64,000 bases of DNA from Saccostrea cucullata (Eukaryota). The position numbers and the translations under genes are program-made. Position 1 is the stretch's first letter. The number at the start of each line of letters is the position of its first letter. The notes beneath the pieces are model-generated. The model did not search any database. It worked only from the letters and a program-made list of their open reading frames with translations, and was not told where the DNA came from. Positions 27,287 to 40,649 of this stretch are shown one piece after another. The DNA lies in the NCBI RefSeq assembly GCF_032062105.1, contig NW_026929278.1, forward strand, positions 186,001-250,000. Direction: 5' to 3'.

Positions 27287-29790
27287 TCGTCGATAGTAAG
27301 CTGCTAATCCAAGGAAACTTCGAAGTTGTGACACAGTTTCGGGCTTTTTCCAGTTCCTTACAGCTTCAATTTTTGATGGGTCGGTTTTTATACCACTCTC
27401 AGATACAATATGTCCCAGAAAACTAACCTCACGTCTAAAATATTTGCACTTCTTAGCTTTTAGTTTTAAATTCACACTCTGTAGCCTGTCAAAGACTAAA
27501 TTAAGATTGTCAAGATGTTCATCAAAACTTCGACTGTACACAATAATATAATCAAGGTAAATCACTGCGACTTTCCACTGCAATCCAGTTAGTGCCTGTT
27601 CTATCACTCGTTGAAACGTTGCCGGGGCATTAAATAATCCAAATGGCACAACACTGTATTGATAAAGGCCTCCACGAGGTGTACCAAACGCTGTTTTCTC
27701 TTTGTCTTCTTCACGCATCGGAATAGATGGTATGCCATGTTTAAATCAAGTGACGAAAACCATGTACATCCAGCGAGAGAGTCAAGATCATCTGCCACCC
27801 GAGGTATGGGGAATGCGTCTTTAATAGTAACTATCTCCATGATTTGTCCTTTTTCTGTACTTACACAAGAGGTGAGGACCACGGGCTATTAGATCTCTCA
27901 ATCATCCCTTGTTCTGCCAGTTTCTGGAACTCCTCGTCCATAATTTCTCTCTTAAATATCGGAACCCTGTGCACTGTTTCCTTGAAGGTTACTTCCCCCT
28001 TCAATTTAATTCGATTCTCTCCGATCGTAGCACGTTCCTCGGGTTTACTTAAACGTCCTTAAACTTTACACTTTGCTCTTTTGTCATATTTTTACACGCA
28101 TCATTGAAAATTGGTTCTAGATATTCAAGCAGTCGACTATCCACTTACGTCACATTGCTCACTTCTGGAATGTTCACAGTTGAAACTGCATCCACAGGAA
28201 CAAACACTGCTATTTCAGAATTCTTCCTCACAATTACATCACGGTCATTTGGACATATATGCACATATATGATATTCTGGCCAGTAGTCGCATTTACTAA
28301 TTCTCGCACTGCAGCAAGTCAATAACTAAACACAAATATTTTTACTGGAACTAGAATACCACCAGTAACATTTGCACTACGCTGCGTTAATCACAATTTA
28401 ACAATGAGCTGGAACGAAACTATCCTCGATGCATTGTAAAAAATACCTCGCATAATTTCCTCGTTTTGTGACTTAAGGGTTCACAGATTAGATGCATAAT
28501 TCCACTGGCAATGAAACCTGGTGATAAAGTCTTGTCCTAATAAGTCACTTTTTACTTCTGCAACAAATACACGGAAAATCACTTGAAAACTTTTAAATGA
28601 AAGTAACATCGTGGCTGTTCCCATAACCTTTAACCTCCTGCCATCGGCTGCATGGAATATTTTCTTAACGCGCTCAAGTACAGGTCGATTTTCTGGAAGG
28701 ATGCTAAGATAAGTATCATCTATAATGAACGTATTTATTGCACCTGTGTCTAATTTCCACTCTACTGGCGTGCCCTCAACTAAACCATCTAACTTCATAC
28801 CGGACTTCCCTTGAATCTCTACAAAGTCCCCAGTTTCATCATTTTTAGAGCCATAATCCAAGTGCAGATTCTCAGCAACAACAGTCTGCGTTGGTACAGT
28901 AACATTTCCCTTACTAACAACGTCCGCAGTATCCCGCGATTGCTGCTTACCTATACAAGGCAGCTTTACAAACTCCTGTGCCAATGCATAGCCTACTGCC
29001 TCAACACTTTCACTTTTTAAAGGTTTTTGCAGTCTACTGTCATTTACATTTTTATTCTTAGGACAACTCTGTAGAAGTGTTGTGTTGAGTTACATTCGTA
29101 ACATTTCTTTATTCTCGGTACAGTTCATTATGTTGTACTTCACTGTTCAGGTTGATAAATCATTAACTTTCACTAATTTGGTAGTTTAATCCTGCATCCT
29201 CAAGCTGAGCATTTAAAGAACTGAACAACGCGTCCACTAGTCAGATGCTCATGCGTGTTTTCCGTTTTCACAAACATGTTGTAACAGTTTGGGCATTACT
29301 TTCGTAAATAAAAATCATCGATCCTCACTAAAACTAATTTTCTGGAATAGTCATAGTCGTATATATATGTAAGTCTTGAAGGTTGACTATTTTTGAAAAC
29401 CATTTCTACTATTTTAAAAACACAATAATTCGAGCGGTGTCACTGTATACCAATTTTCCTCCGCATACTAGCAACTATTCACATGATCACAATTTACGCA
29501 TCCCAATTTGAACACGGAAAGCTCACAATTTTCACGAGACAAAAAAAACTTTGTTCTTTGCCTGATTCCTTGGAAATACTTTGTCGCAATTTTCACATGT
29601 AAGATTGTAATTTTCAGTATCCACTATAGACTTTCTAAATCCAGATCCGTTCTTTTGAATAGTATACAAAGTAATATAAGATAATTTCCTCATCTTCACG
29701 TATAGAATCCACCGAATAAATCCACACACACAAAAATAATAAATTAAAATCACTGGAATGATGCAGAAAATCCCCCAGCTGCCAACAGTT
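27287..29790 (-). mobile_element. Degenerate Ty3/Gypsy retrotransposon internal region (aspartic protease + RT), 3'-truncated
   Basis: Protease WKLDTGA (28481-28984). RT motifs TIKDAFPIPRV, WFSSLDL, KTAF, VPFGLFNAPATFQR, YLDY (mutated YLDD), VSFLGH, LRSFLGLAAYYRR. Multiple frameshifts. PBS-like TGGCAGCTGGGGGATT at ~29784-29769. Confidence 0.9.
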
Positions 29791-30165
29791 TTAGAGCTGT
29801 CGAGCGGTAAACGGCTAAATTAATCCATTATTCGGTAACAATAATATTTCTCTGACTTAAAATACGATTAGTAAGTTTTATATACAATTTATTTACAGGG
29901 ACAGGTGCCCGTAAAACACATCACAATATTAAAATTTACACATAATCCACTATCTTCTGAATGGTCTATGTACATGTAACTCGCACGTAATACAGTAACT
30001 ATACTAATAAATTCCCAACGAAACAGTAACTCTGACCCAAAATTCCCCCCCCATATATTTACCCTCTGGCCGATGCTCAAAAGGAGCATCGCGTTCAAAA
30101 CAAAAGTGTTACGTAATGGTCAAACTAACCGATCCTCGCGAGGAGCATCGAGTAGCTCTGTCTAA
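29788..30165 (-). mobile_element. Possible 5' LTR of the Gypsy remnant
   Basis: Directly upstream of the PBS-like motif, with short degenerate inverted AGAGCT/AGCTCT ends. No second copy to confirm the boundaries. Confidence 0.35.
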
Positions 30166-31453
30166 AAATAGTTATATAAACAATGAGTGACCGTAAATAA
30201 TTACGTACACGTAACAATTTTTTCCCAGTTAAACTAAATTACTACACAACTGAAAGTGACCTCCGTAGAATATTGACCATGGGGTAAATATATACGAAAA
30301 GTGGGGTCATTTTTTGACTGTAAAAACTTTCCAGACCAGTAATTGTACGACTCCACACACGTTGAAAAATGACCCCCATAGCAATTTGACCCCTTACTTT
30401 TTTATACAATAAAACCTATATCTGAATGTTAGTAGGGTGATTTTTATGTACTTTAATCCTTTCCAACATTTATTTGATTGCATATATTAATAGTAGCATC
30501 ACAATCAATTTTATGGTATGGATTTATTTTTGTCTTGCAGAATTCGAATAAATATTTATTCATTGAGGATCATTAATTTATGATTATGTTTTGGCGTGGT
30601 TCTGTTCATTATTCAGAGGTTTTGTTCTGATATTGGTATGATATGTTTCTGATAACCATAAAATTTGAAAATTTCTACAAATCCAAAAACATAGCAAATA
30701 AGCAAGAAAACCAACGTAATTTAACTATATAAATTCAATTCCATTAGGTCTTACCTTTAAACTTGCATATTCATTTGTATGCATTTAGCTTCAAAATACA
30801 TACTTTTTAACTCCCTTATATAAGGGACTATACTTTTTCCTTATATACGGAAAATACCAACACATCGAGAACGTTCTTATAGTGAAACATGTATTAAAAA
30901 TCCTCAAAACTGGAAAAAATTACACCTGAGTGAATAATGGTTCAACCTTTAGAGATATCCATCAATTCATTTAAGGACTTCACTTTTCAACACTTTTACC
31001 CCACAGACACCTGAAAAATGGTTGCTGTAACATCCCTTTCTTCTGAGATTTTATAGACACTAACTTTGCAAAAACAAATAAACTCTTAGTTTATCATGGT
31101 ATTACTGCGATATATAAAGTCCTAGCACACACCGCCCAAAACTTAATTCCAAAGTAAAAGTTTAGAATTTTTGTGTAAAGGTGTGTCAAACTCCAAGGTA
31201 AAGGTCAAAAGGTCTAAATTAGTTGTGCACAAAAAAGGTCTTGTCACAAAAATACACCTGTGAAATATGAAGGCAATAGTCCCACCCAGTCTAAAGTTAT
31301 GGGCAAGGTTCAATTTTTCGAATAAATAGACATACAGACGGTCGTAGAGGTAAAAAATATACTCTACAGAAAAAGGAACGCATATTCAGGTTAAACATGT
31401 TAGTTTAAGTTTTCAGTTTAAACCTTATTTTTTAAAGTGATTTTAGAGTGTGT

Positions 31454-33109
31454 TGTGATAATATGACCGAGTGAAATGAACAGATTTTGAGTGATAATTA
31501 TATTCTCTGATCTAGTGTTAAAATAACATAATTATAGACCTTGACCGCTAGACAATTGATGCCACCTGTACTTGAGTTAAATTGTTAATTATTTTCCAAT
31601 TATGTCAATTGTGCATTAATGCCTTGAGTAACTCTTCATTATAATTGTTCTTTCCTTATTGTTATAAATTGGTTGTTTTGTACACAATCTTCAGTTGGAA
31701 ACTGGACCTTGCACTGTCCACGCCGACACACAGATCGAGTAGAAACGCCAGGTTTTGGACCGTTAAAAAATCATTAAACGAAGTACCGACTTTTGTATTT
31801 TCTACCGGCTATATTTGGTGGAGAATCCTAAGGGTAATTTACCCAGGGCTACTGCATATACTTTGTAGTAGTTAGATCCCAGTACTCTCACACAGCTGAG
31901 CGCGTTTACCAACCTTTATACAAGAATCCCCCTAATCATGGACTTATTTCCATTTGTTCCTGCTTGGATGCGACCAGTCCGACCGCGCTTCACCTCGCAA
32001 CAGTGTGAACGCTGCGGATTAAGACACGGATGGACCGTCTGCAACGCACTGACGTCATCATGTCTTAAGTGTGGAAGAAGAGGACACTATGCTAGGATGT
32101 GTAAAACACGGACATTCCGTACCATCTGTGCTGTCTCTTCAGTACCGACGCGCTCAGTCGAAACACAGATTGACAAAACATGTACGGTGCGAAGGAAATC
32201 AAAAAGGAAGCAAACCAGAGACAGAGAAAGAATAATAAAATTTCGGACAACCCACAAAGAAAAAGAATCTTTGAGTGAAATGCCTTTCTCTTCAGTAAGT
32301 GTCGTTGAAATTCATGCTGAAACTTTGGAAACACAAGCTGAAAAGTTCCTTGAACAAGCGGCTCTCTACAAATCGGATGTTCGTTTTCATAAAAACAAAT
32401 GGATGTGTGAGCGGAAAACGTTTCATGTTCAACTATCGGAGAAAGACAAGACTATCAGAGAACTTCAGGAAAAACTTGTAGCTGCGTCAACTGAGCTTGA
32501 GGAGTCGAAGAAAGCTATAAAAGGTATATCTGACTATGAGTTTTCAAGCCAAGACCAAAAATCACAGATTTTTTCCCTGCTCAAGCAAAACAAATATGCT
32601 GAACCATTTCTTGCCTATAGAAGAGCAATTTACAGTGGTCCGCCCCGTGGAGGTCGAAACCAGCATACAAGAAATTCAAATTTTGCCAGAAAAGCTCCCA
32701 CCAACAGTAGACAAACTTCGAAACACGAGGACGTGTTTCGGGGGGGCGACGGGGTACTATGACCGAGTGAAATGAACAGATTTTGAGTGATAATTATATT
32801 CTCTGATCTAGTGTTAAAATAACATGATTATAGACCTTGACCGCTAGACAATTGATGCCACCTTACTTGAATTAAATTGTTAATTATTTTCCAATTATGT
32901 CAATTATGAATTAATGCCTTTGAGTAACTCTTCATTATAATTGTTCTTTCATTATTGTTATAAATTGGTTGTTTTGTACACAATCTTCAGTTGGAAACTG
33001 GACCTTGCACTATCCACGCCGACACACAGATCGAGTAGAAACGCCAAGTTTTGGACCGTTAATAAATCATTAAACGAAGTACCGACTTGTGTATTTTCTA
33101 CCGGTTATA
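31454..33109 (+). mobile_element. 1.66-kb non-autonomous LTR retroelement (LTR-PBS-ORF-PPT-LTR)
   Basis: 360-bp direct repeats at 31454-31813 and 32750-33109 (~16 differences by eye). PBS TGGTGGAGAAT at 31816; G-rich PPT at 32740-32749. No TSD recognised. Confidence 0.9.
31938..32762 (+). CDS. Gag-nucleocapsid-like double zinc knuckle + coiled-coil protein (274 aa)
   Basis: CERCGLRHGWTVC and CLKCGRRGHYARMC (CX2CX4HX4C), a basic patch, and heptad-like LSEKDKTIRELQEKLVAASTELEESKK. Stop codon lies within the 3' LTR. Confidence 0.75.
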   Translation: MDLFPFVPAWMRPVRPRFTSQQCERCGLRHGWTVCNALTSSCLKCGRRGHYARMCKTRTFRTICAVSSVPTRSVETQIDKTCTVRRKSKRKQTRDRERIIKFRTTHKEKESLSEMPFSSVSVVEIHAETLETQAEKFLEQAALYKSDVRFHKNKWMCERKTFHVQLSEKDKTIRELQEKLVAASTELEESKKAIKGISDYEFSSQDQKSQIFSLLKQNKYAEPFLAYRRAIYSGPPRGGRNQHTRNSNFARKAPTNSRQTSKHEDVFRGGDGVL

Positions 33110-35235
33110 ATAAAATCAAACATGTCCTATGTTGCCAAGTGAGAATTAAGTTGATGTCGCCTCTTAGCATATTTCGTTTGCGACTTCACGTCTCAGGGCT
33201 AGTTGATTTTCGATGTACAGACGTCTTGCACGAATACCTGCTCCTCTCCGTCTCTTGCAAACAATTTCTGCTATTTATGCTAAATTAAGCAGTCTATACA
33301 GCAGTTCTGCTGATGTTCCTGCTTGGGCCTGGTATCCCGCGGTCGGCCAATTCTTAGTTTGTCATCCCTGTTACTAGGTGGTGGAGACCTACGTTTAAAC
33401 GCCGAAAAGCCGATTGATTGAGCGCTAGCAACTACGTTAGTCAAACTTCCTTGAATACGTATGCTCGGCTTCACGTTTGTGCATTCTGGGAAAACTTTGA
33501 GAACTACTATAGATAGACCGTACAATAACAATTTCGTTTTATCATGTAGTAGCATTGAAAACTATGTTTATTTATTGTGTAGCTTACACTGTAAAGACCA
33601 CTACATATACGAATACTCCAAATTTTCCGGGTTTTTTTTCTTAAAAAAAGCCCGAGTCATTATCTGATTGTTCTAAACAAGGACAAGGGAGGTGTTTTTA
33701 CGTCTAAGCACAACCAAAATAGACTCTTATTTCTGATTGGCCATTAATGGTCAATTAAGCCAATCTGATAAATTCCAGAAACAAAAATTTTCGCTAAAAA
33801 TAACGTATAAATCCAATTATTTATATAAAGATTTATTCCGATAAGTATGGCTTTTAACCTAACATTTCTTGACAAAGATGACCTAAAAGACCAAGCTACT
33901 TCACATCTTCATAATTCGGATCTCTCTGGATTTCTTTATACAACAAACACTTTGAGTTATTTTCTATATTCATTTACACTCCCCTGTATTTTCTTTGCTA
34001 CATTACCAAGAAATTTTTTTCTTAAACCAGCTCATACAATGCCTCAATCGGCATCTTCTCCATATTAAATATCCCCCCCTTTGGTAAAGGTCATACATGT
34101 TTCGTTGCGCCAAAACTCCAATAGGTCAACTCCCTCGTTTCTTTACCTACGTGTCTATAAAATAGGCTTCACAAAACAATTATAATTTGATCAGTCCTAT
34201 TCTCCAGCCAAAATTAAAAAAAAATCTGCAAAATAAATTACTTGATCACGGATCCACCTTTCTGTGTTTAAAGATTGCTTCGACGCTAGCTCCTTACAAG
34301 CTCACTTTGTGTACACCAATGCAGTCGCAACTTCAGATTGCGTAGCTCCCGTTGGCATCATTGTGATAGCCTTGTTGCGTTCATCTTTGTTTATGCGTGG
34401 CATAGAAGCATCAGCATTGAAATTAATCAAATCTTAAATATGAATTTAATAGAATTGTTTATTGTTTCACTAAATCCAAAATATCAATGAAAATGGACCT
34501 CCAATTTCCAAGAAATTATGTTATACATTTTTTTCATTTACATGATTAATCGAAGGAAACAATTTAGCAATTGGGTTTTAAAAGCCTATGTTGTCCTTTA
34601 AATAGTTCACAGGTATCCCATGATAAAAAATCATAGTTATTCTATATACTTTTTTCAAAATTTCTTAATGAGTAAAATAATATGCGTTTCTTTTTCTGTT
34701 GAGTATATATTCCCCCGAAATTTCGTTTACGGGGGCATAAGTATAATATGTAAAGTAACAACTTTTTTTAAAAATCCAACATTTGTCTTTTTTTACTATT
34801 GGTAAAAAAAACTCCTAAAATCATCATATGAAAGTACAAGTAGAACAGGAAAAACAATGCTACATTTGCCAATTTTTCACACAATACATTTTACAGGTTC
34901 TGAGCTAACCACTGTTTGTTTCTCTTGTATCATTGTTCAGAGGGAATTAATTTCATACTTATTTTTACAAATTAAATCATCCCAATTTTTTAAAGTTTGA
35001 AACTTCATTCATATGAAACCAAATTTATATATATATATATAAAATCTTATTTTCTATGCTAGCGCCCGTTTACGCGCGAGTTTTAAAAGTAGGAATCAAT
35101 AACGTTAAACTTTTTTGAAAAATTAACTTAAAGCCATTTCATGATTCAGCTGTTTGGAAAAAAAGAAGGTTTACTCATCATGTTTTTTTTTTTTAAATAT
35201 ATTGATATTCATTTTTTTATCTTTTCTTTTTAAAG

Positions 35236-38200
35236 GAACATCCAGCACAAAGGAAACAATACTCAAGCATTTCAAAGATTGGTTTTTTCACGTATACAAA
35301 GATATAAAGATTATTCGACTTTACTTTGGGAAAAATATACCATCAAACATAGAGATGATTGTTCTGGTAATTGATGCCTTGGAACAAATTAAAGATTCTA
35401 CATTTTATTTTCACAAAATGAAATTTCCAATCAAATGTAAACTGTGGAAATTCCCTTCTGAAGAAGGCGCACTGGTCAACTTTCATGAGAACAGAGAAGA
35501 ATATTTTGGCAAAAAATATTATGCGCACAAAGAGTCTCTAAAAAGTATTGAACATAGTTTGAAAAAAATATCTAAGAAGCTCTTTGAAAAGCATTCTAAT
35601 TTGGAAATTGTCTCTGTATCTGGATTTCGGTCAGAAAGAGAAGGGACAAGAATTACTCCTGAGTTATGTATTGTGATGTATTGTTCCTGCAAATCAGTCG
35701 TTCCTTTAAATGAAGCTGAATTTCCAAAATGTATCAATGGAATAAAAACAGATGTACGTGAAGGATTCTTTTATCTTTTTCCAAATGATGGATTCTTTAA
35801 AAGTTCCTCTGAAGAACTTAATCCATTGAGAATTGGTGCCAGCATAGGAAGAAAAGGTAATATGAAGCTACGATAAATCTCTGAAAAAATGTTTTATTTC
35901 TTAGAAAAACTCTATTCTTATGAAAGAAAATGCCTTTGAAAATCACATAAATGTTCTTTACATGGACGTTAAAAATTAAATGTAAATATATATATTTTTA
36001 AAGAATTTATTTAACATGAACATGTACTCTTTTGTCGCCCAAGTGGGCAGTGGTTAGAACGTCTGATTGAGAGTCACGAAGTAGGGTGTTGATCCATACA
36101 TTGCGGGTGTTTAACCCACTGTGGGATGTGGAGACCGATCCTTTAGAAGGGACTGTATATAAACCAATGTCGCGTATCGTACATGTAATTAGTGCTGGTA
36201 CGAGAAATATCCTTCTCTTTTATTGTCGTAAGTGTCGAATATACAACAAAATTTAAAGCTCTCCATCTGCATGTGATGGCGTCTCCGTATAAGTGGAAAA
36301 AAAATCAAGAGAGACGTAAAACCCCATACTAACAAACAAATGTAAACTAAGTTAGATTTTCATTTAATCTTTAGATTCTATAAAATCTCAACAAAATTGA
36401 ACTATTTGTCTTTAGAACTTGCACAGATACCAACGAGGAAAAATCGTTTCTTCATAACTATAACATTTTCACGCATAATATTTTTGCAATAAATTTTTCC
36501 TCGTGGTCTTATTACGTGCCTAATACCTTTACATTTTCATTTCTAACAAGAGAACCAATTTCAATACATTTTGACCCTCATGGTGGCTCAAATTTGCTCC
36601 GGGAACAGAAGGGCGTGAGTTCGAATATTTTCGATGAAAATTTAGCAACTGTTCCGTCGGCATGCTCTCGGTATTTTTAAAATCATATAGGGACCAGTGT
36701 CACAAAGGGTTTTGGTTCAATAGGCCTCTTCTTTACTCCTTGCAAAATATTTTACAGCAGTTAAGGAAAAGTTTCCCCAAGAGTAATGTCGAACAGTATA
36801 TTTGAGAAGTAGGGTATATCAGATGTAAATGCTAAGAAGGATTATTAGAAAATTGAAAAATTTATAGAATGTTAATAAATCAATAATTACAAAACATTCC
36901 TCTCTTCCAAATTTCAATATAACCATTCCCTTGAAAAATTTAGCCAATGAAATCGTAAATATATGGCCATAGAATTGGTCTTTCGCAAAAATAATTGTTT
37001 TAAATGATTCCAATTCTACATATAAGTACTCTGAAGTATATATTTACAAAATGCTTGAAGTCTTGTTAACCAGTAATTTTTTACGCTTTTAAGGGAAATT
37101 TATATTCTGATAAGTGAGATAACTCTTATTGATATAAATGTCTATTATTCCTTTATAGATTTGCTAAGTTGAAGTGTCATTTTGTCCAATTTTGCCCATC
37201 AAGCTATGCTTTAATTATTTGTTTTTTACTCATAAAATACATTTCTTTAGAAAAAAAATATTAAAGTTCAAGCAACATTTTATATAAGTGAGTAGACGGT
37301 TAATGAACCTTAAATCAGGTTTTCGAACACTCTATTGGAATTCCCATAGGTATCACAAGCATCCCCGTAACCAGAACATCCATTTCTGTTTTTATATGAA
37401 GCGGGGTTTATTCAAAAACTTCAATACGAAAATGAAAAAAAAAAACAATCAAACTTTCTATATAGCGACGACGTATTATCAATTAAGAAAAGATACTTCC
37501 ATTAATATGTCGACTCGATATGTCCCAGTGAACTTCAAATAAAAGACATCACAGAGTGTAACATATCTGTGATGTGTTTGGATGTTTTACTTATTATAGA
37601 TAATTAAGGCAAACTAACAGCTTCATTGCATGACAAACGACATGACTTTTCCTTATTCATGTAGTAATATACCACAATAACACACATGTTGTTTATTCTA
37701 TACTCACGATCACTTTTCTTTTAAAATAGGCAGGTTTATGACAAATAAGTTGATGTTAAAGTCAGTGTTGATTAAAAATAACCTGTCATTAGGTCGTTTG
37801 TGAGTTGACTTATTTCATACCATGTTTAAGCGGTTTTTCTTTTAAATTAGACTGACTAAAAAATGTTCCTTATACCCGATTTTAACAAAAAATCAAGGCA
37901 GATTTATTTGACCAATCGGGAAAACCATTTCCCTCTTAGTGAGTGATCCAACCTCTTGAACTCCCAGGGTTTTTGTTAAATACCCTGCTCAAAAGTTTGT
38001 ATTTATTACAGTGTACAGGAATATATTTTATTTTATGAAATCGTTTACTACTCGTCATCTCCACTTTGTTATTGGCTGACAGGCTGATAGAATAAGAAAC
38101 ATGCTTTCTAAACAAAAGCTTTGTGTTTATTTGTTATACATTTTTTATTTTGAAAAATGTTACACAAAATATTGCAAAAAATTGATTGTCTATTTTAATT

Positions 38201-39898
38201 TATGCATGTGTTTAGTCAATAGACCTACAGACATAACTAAGTGTATAGGAGACATTGATTTGGGGAAAAAACAAACTACCAAAGGGTCATAATGAGAGTA
38301 ATTAAGATTTTCAGAATGATTAAACATTACCTTATTTAGAGTTTCATTTTGAGATTATTAACTTAACTTTAAGTGACCAATGGAGAATCTATATATATTT
38401 AAAACGCATTTTATAATAAAGGAGAATGCCGTGATTCTATAAAACTGGTCATCCAACACATTGTTTGACTTTTGAAAAAATTCTCAAAGTGCATGAAAAT
38501 ACATACTGAATCGATTGACAATAACATGAAAATTTACAACTTAAATATGAAAACCTTCTAGTTCATAATATATATTGGAACAATTCAAAGAAAATGTGCA
38601 AATACGAATAGGTTTCGATTAATATTTGAAGTAAAACAATACAAGTATTTATATAAGAGCAATCTTATGTTTTCTTTTCAAATATAATTTCAGGAGATTA
38701 CAAGGAAGGTACCCTTGGTGGGTTTGTTACCTTAAGAACAGGAGAGTTGGGCTTAATAACTTGTGCACATGTCTTCTTCGATTTTGCAAAAAGCAACTCT
38801 CCGAATCTGAGACAACCATTCGAGATAGTACAGCCTTCCAGTAATTGTGCCCCAAATCCAAATGTTTGTGGAGTTCACCATGCATCAGTTTTCCCAAATA
38901 ATTATTACAAAGATGTTTCAGTTGATGCAACGGTCGTAAAGCTTGAGTGCCGTATGCCTAATAGAGGATTATTTTCAATACAGAGAGTTTCAGAATTGAC
39001 AGAATGTGGTATGTGCAAAGGAGAAATAAAACTAGCAAAGCACTAGAGCTGTTATATCTTCCCTTTTCATTTATTGTAATTTTTAAATCAGAAACCTTTT
39101 CATGTTCTAGAAATGAAATAAGAAAACATTTCAACTATGGTATCAAAATTCTCTAAAGGATAAAATTATTTTTTCCTACGTAAAAAAAATTAACTGCATT
39201 GCTACATTATTATTTCCAGTTAAAGTAGTTGGACAAACAGAATTTTGCATTTTTTCAAAGGCAAGCTCACATTAAGCAGTGAGAGAGGAAACCCTGACAA
39301 AAATTAATTAATTTATAGACTAATTTTTGGAGAAAGTGATTTTTTATCCAATTATGATATTATAAATGTTGTGGTATCCTAGGAAATATTTAAAATTTGG
39401 ACAAAATTTCATTCAACGTTTTACAAATGGTTTAACAAGGATGTTTTTTTAGGTTTCAGCTTAGAAAGACTTCCAGAATATTCAAGTGGCGCTACTCGCG
39501 ACTACAAGTCTGATCAAGAGTCGCGTAATAATGCATGTATCAAATGCGGCGCTAAAAGTGGATTAACAAGAGGCTTAATACGATTAGAAGGAATGGCTGC
39601 AAAATATGGAGATCCTCAATTGTCCTTAACTAATCCAATATCACAGGCTTCACATATATATCGTTCACAGATAGAAATATCTGGAACACCAACATTTCCT
39701 TTTGCAGTTGAAGGAGATTCTGGATCCTTTGTTTTCCAAGTCGACTCTGCAGGAGGTGAAGATCAGCTTGTCTGCATAGGGATGATTGTAGGAGGTACTT
39801 CTTACAATACTGCCTGTGTAACGCCGATTGAAAGTGTTCTTGGGGCACTGGATGTAAAAATGAACAAATTTTCCACAGAAAAAATGGATGAATCATAA
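35236..39898 (+). CDS. Spliced NAL1-like trypsin-fold (clan PA) serine protease, first exon not found
   Basis: Exons 35236-35856, 38694-39008 and 39453-39898, with phase-1 GT-AG introns, give ~459 aa with no stops. Motifs KHSNL...CIVMYC..K..VP...FP..INGIKTDVREG, LRIGASIG, GTLGGFV, ITCAHV (His), VDAT (Asp), KCGAKSGLTRG, EGDSGS (Ser), IGMIVGG. Confidence 0.85.
36033..36340 (+). mobile_element. tRNA-derived SINE with Deu/Nin-like core (intronic, degenerate)
   Basis: A-box GGCAGTGGTTAG, core GGAGACCGATCCTTTAGAAG, tail AACAAACAAA. Homologous to 40793-41094. Confidence 0.7.
37395..38060 (+). mobile_element. Highly decayed Penelope-like (Naiad-type) RT fragment in protease intron
   Basis: Broken translations YEAGFIQKL, DDVLSI, YVDSICPSELQIKDITE, CLDVLL, GKLTASLHDKRHDF, CSNIP. 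Confidence 0.6.
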
Positions 39899-40649
39899 GA
39901 AAATTATTATTTGAATAAGTCCTTATAGGACCGTAATTTTGTGGCAATAACATGTTTAATATCTTTCAAGGATTACTATATTTAATTATTTTGTGCATAT
40001 ATTATGAGACTCATAAACAGTCTTTATGTTAACCATATAACATATGCTTTACCATTGTATTGCCATGAGATGAATTTGAAAAAAAAAGACTTTGTTATGA
40101 TATTATGAATCCTCTTATGTATGTTCCAATATACCATTATCTCTTTGGTCTTGGACTTTTTGTCTCACAGTTGATTCGCTACAAAACATGTTCTTCAAAA
40201 GATTTCGTTTTAAACAAGGTGATCTACTAAAAAACAAGGTAATGATACATTTGTATTTACAACATTGTTTGAAATAAACATTTCGCAAACATCATGGTCT
40301 ACTTTATGGCCTTTTTCCACAATCTGTTTTGATGACGCAGAGAAAGAATCAAGACCTTTCAGTTTAAACTGAAAGCCAAATTGAAAGGTGGCTCTCACTT
40401 ACTTGGTAGTGGCTATTCAAAGATTGAATGACAGATAAGTTTCAGTAACCTTTCAGTTATCATTCAATTAGATTTCAGCTCCTTGCAGTCACCATTCAGC
40501 GGACACAAAAAACCTTTAAGTTCGTTGTCATTATGCTTATGCTTTCAGTTGAAATATGCATATTTCTTTTTAAATCCACTATCTGAACTTACTTTCAAAA
40601 TAATAGGAATATTCATAACTATAGGTTAATAACTGTTATCAATATGCTG

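Noticed and set aside
32295-32300. Perfect GTAAGT donor in the zinc-knuckle ORF as a link to the protease
   Set aside because: It is phase 0, incompatible with the phase-1 acceptor at 35236.
31645-33288. Paired ORFs 31645-31875 and 32941-33288 as duplicated genes
   Set aside because: Both are TTG-start translations of the two LTR copies.
35154-35235. Hydrophobic N-terminus resembling a signal peptide on ORF 35154-35876
   Set aside because: It is the intron polypyrimidine tract before the AG at 35234-35235, read from a TTG start.
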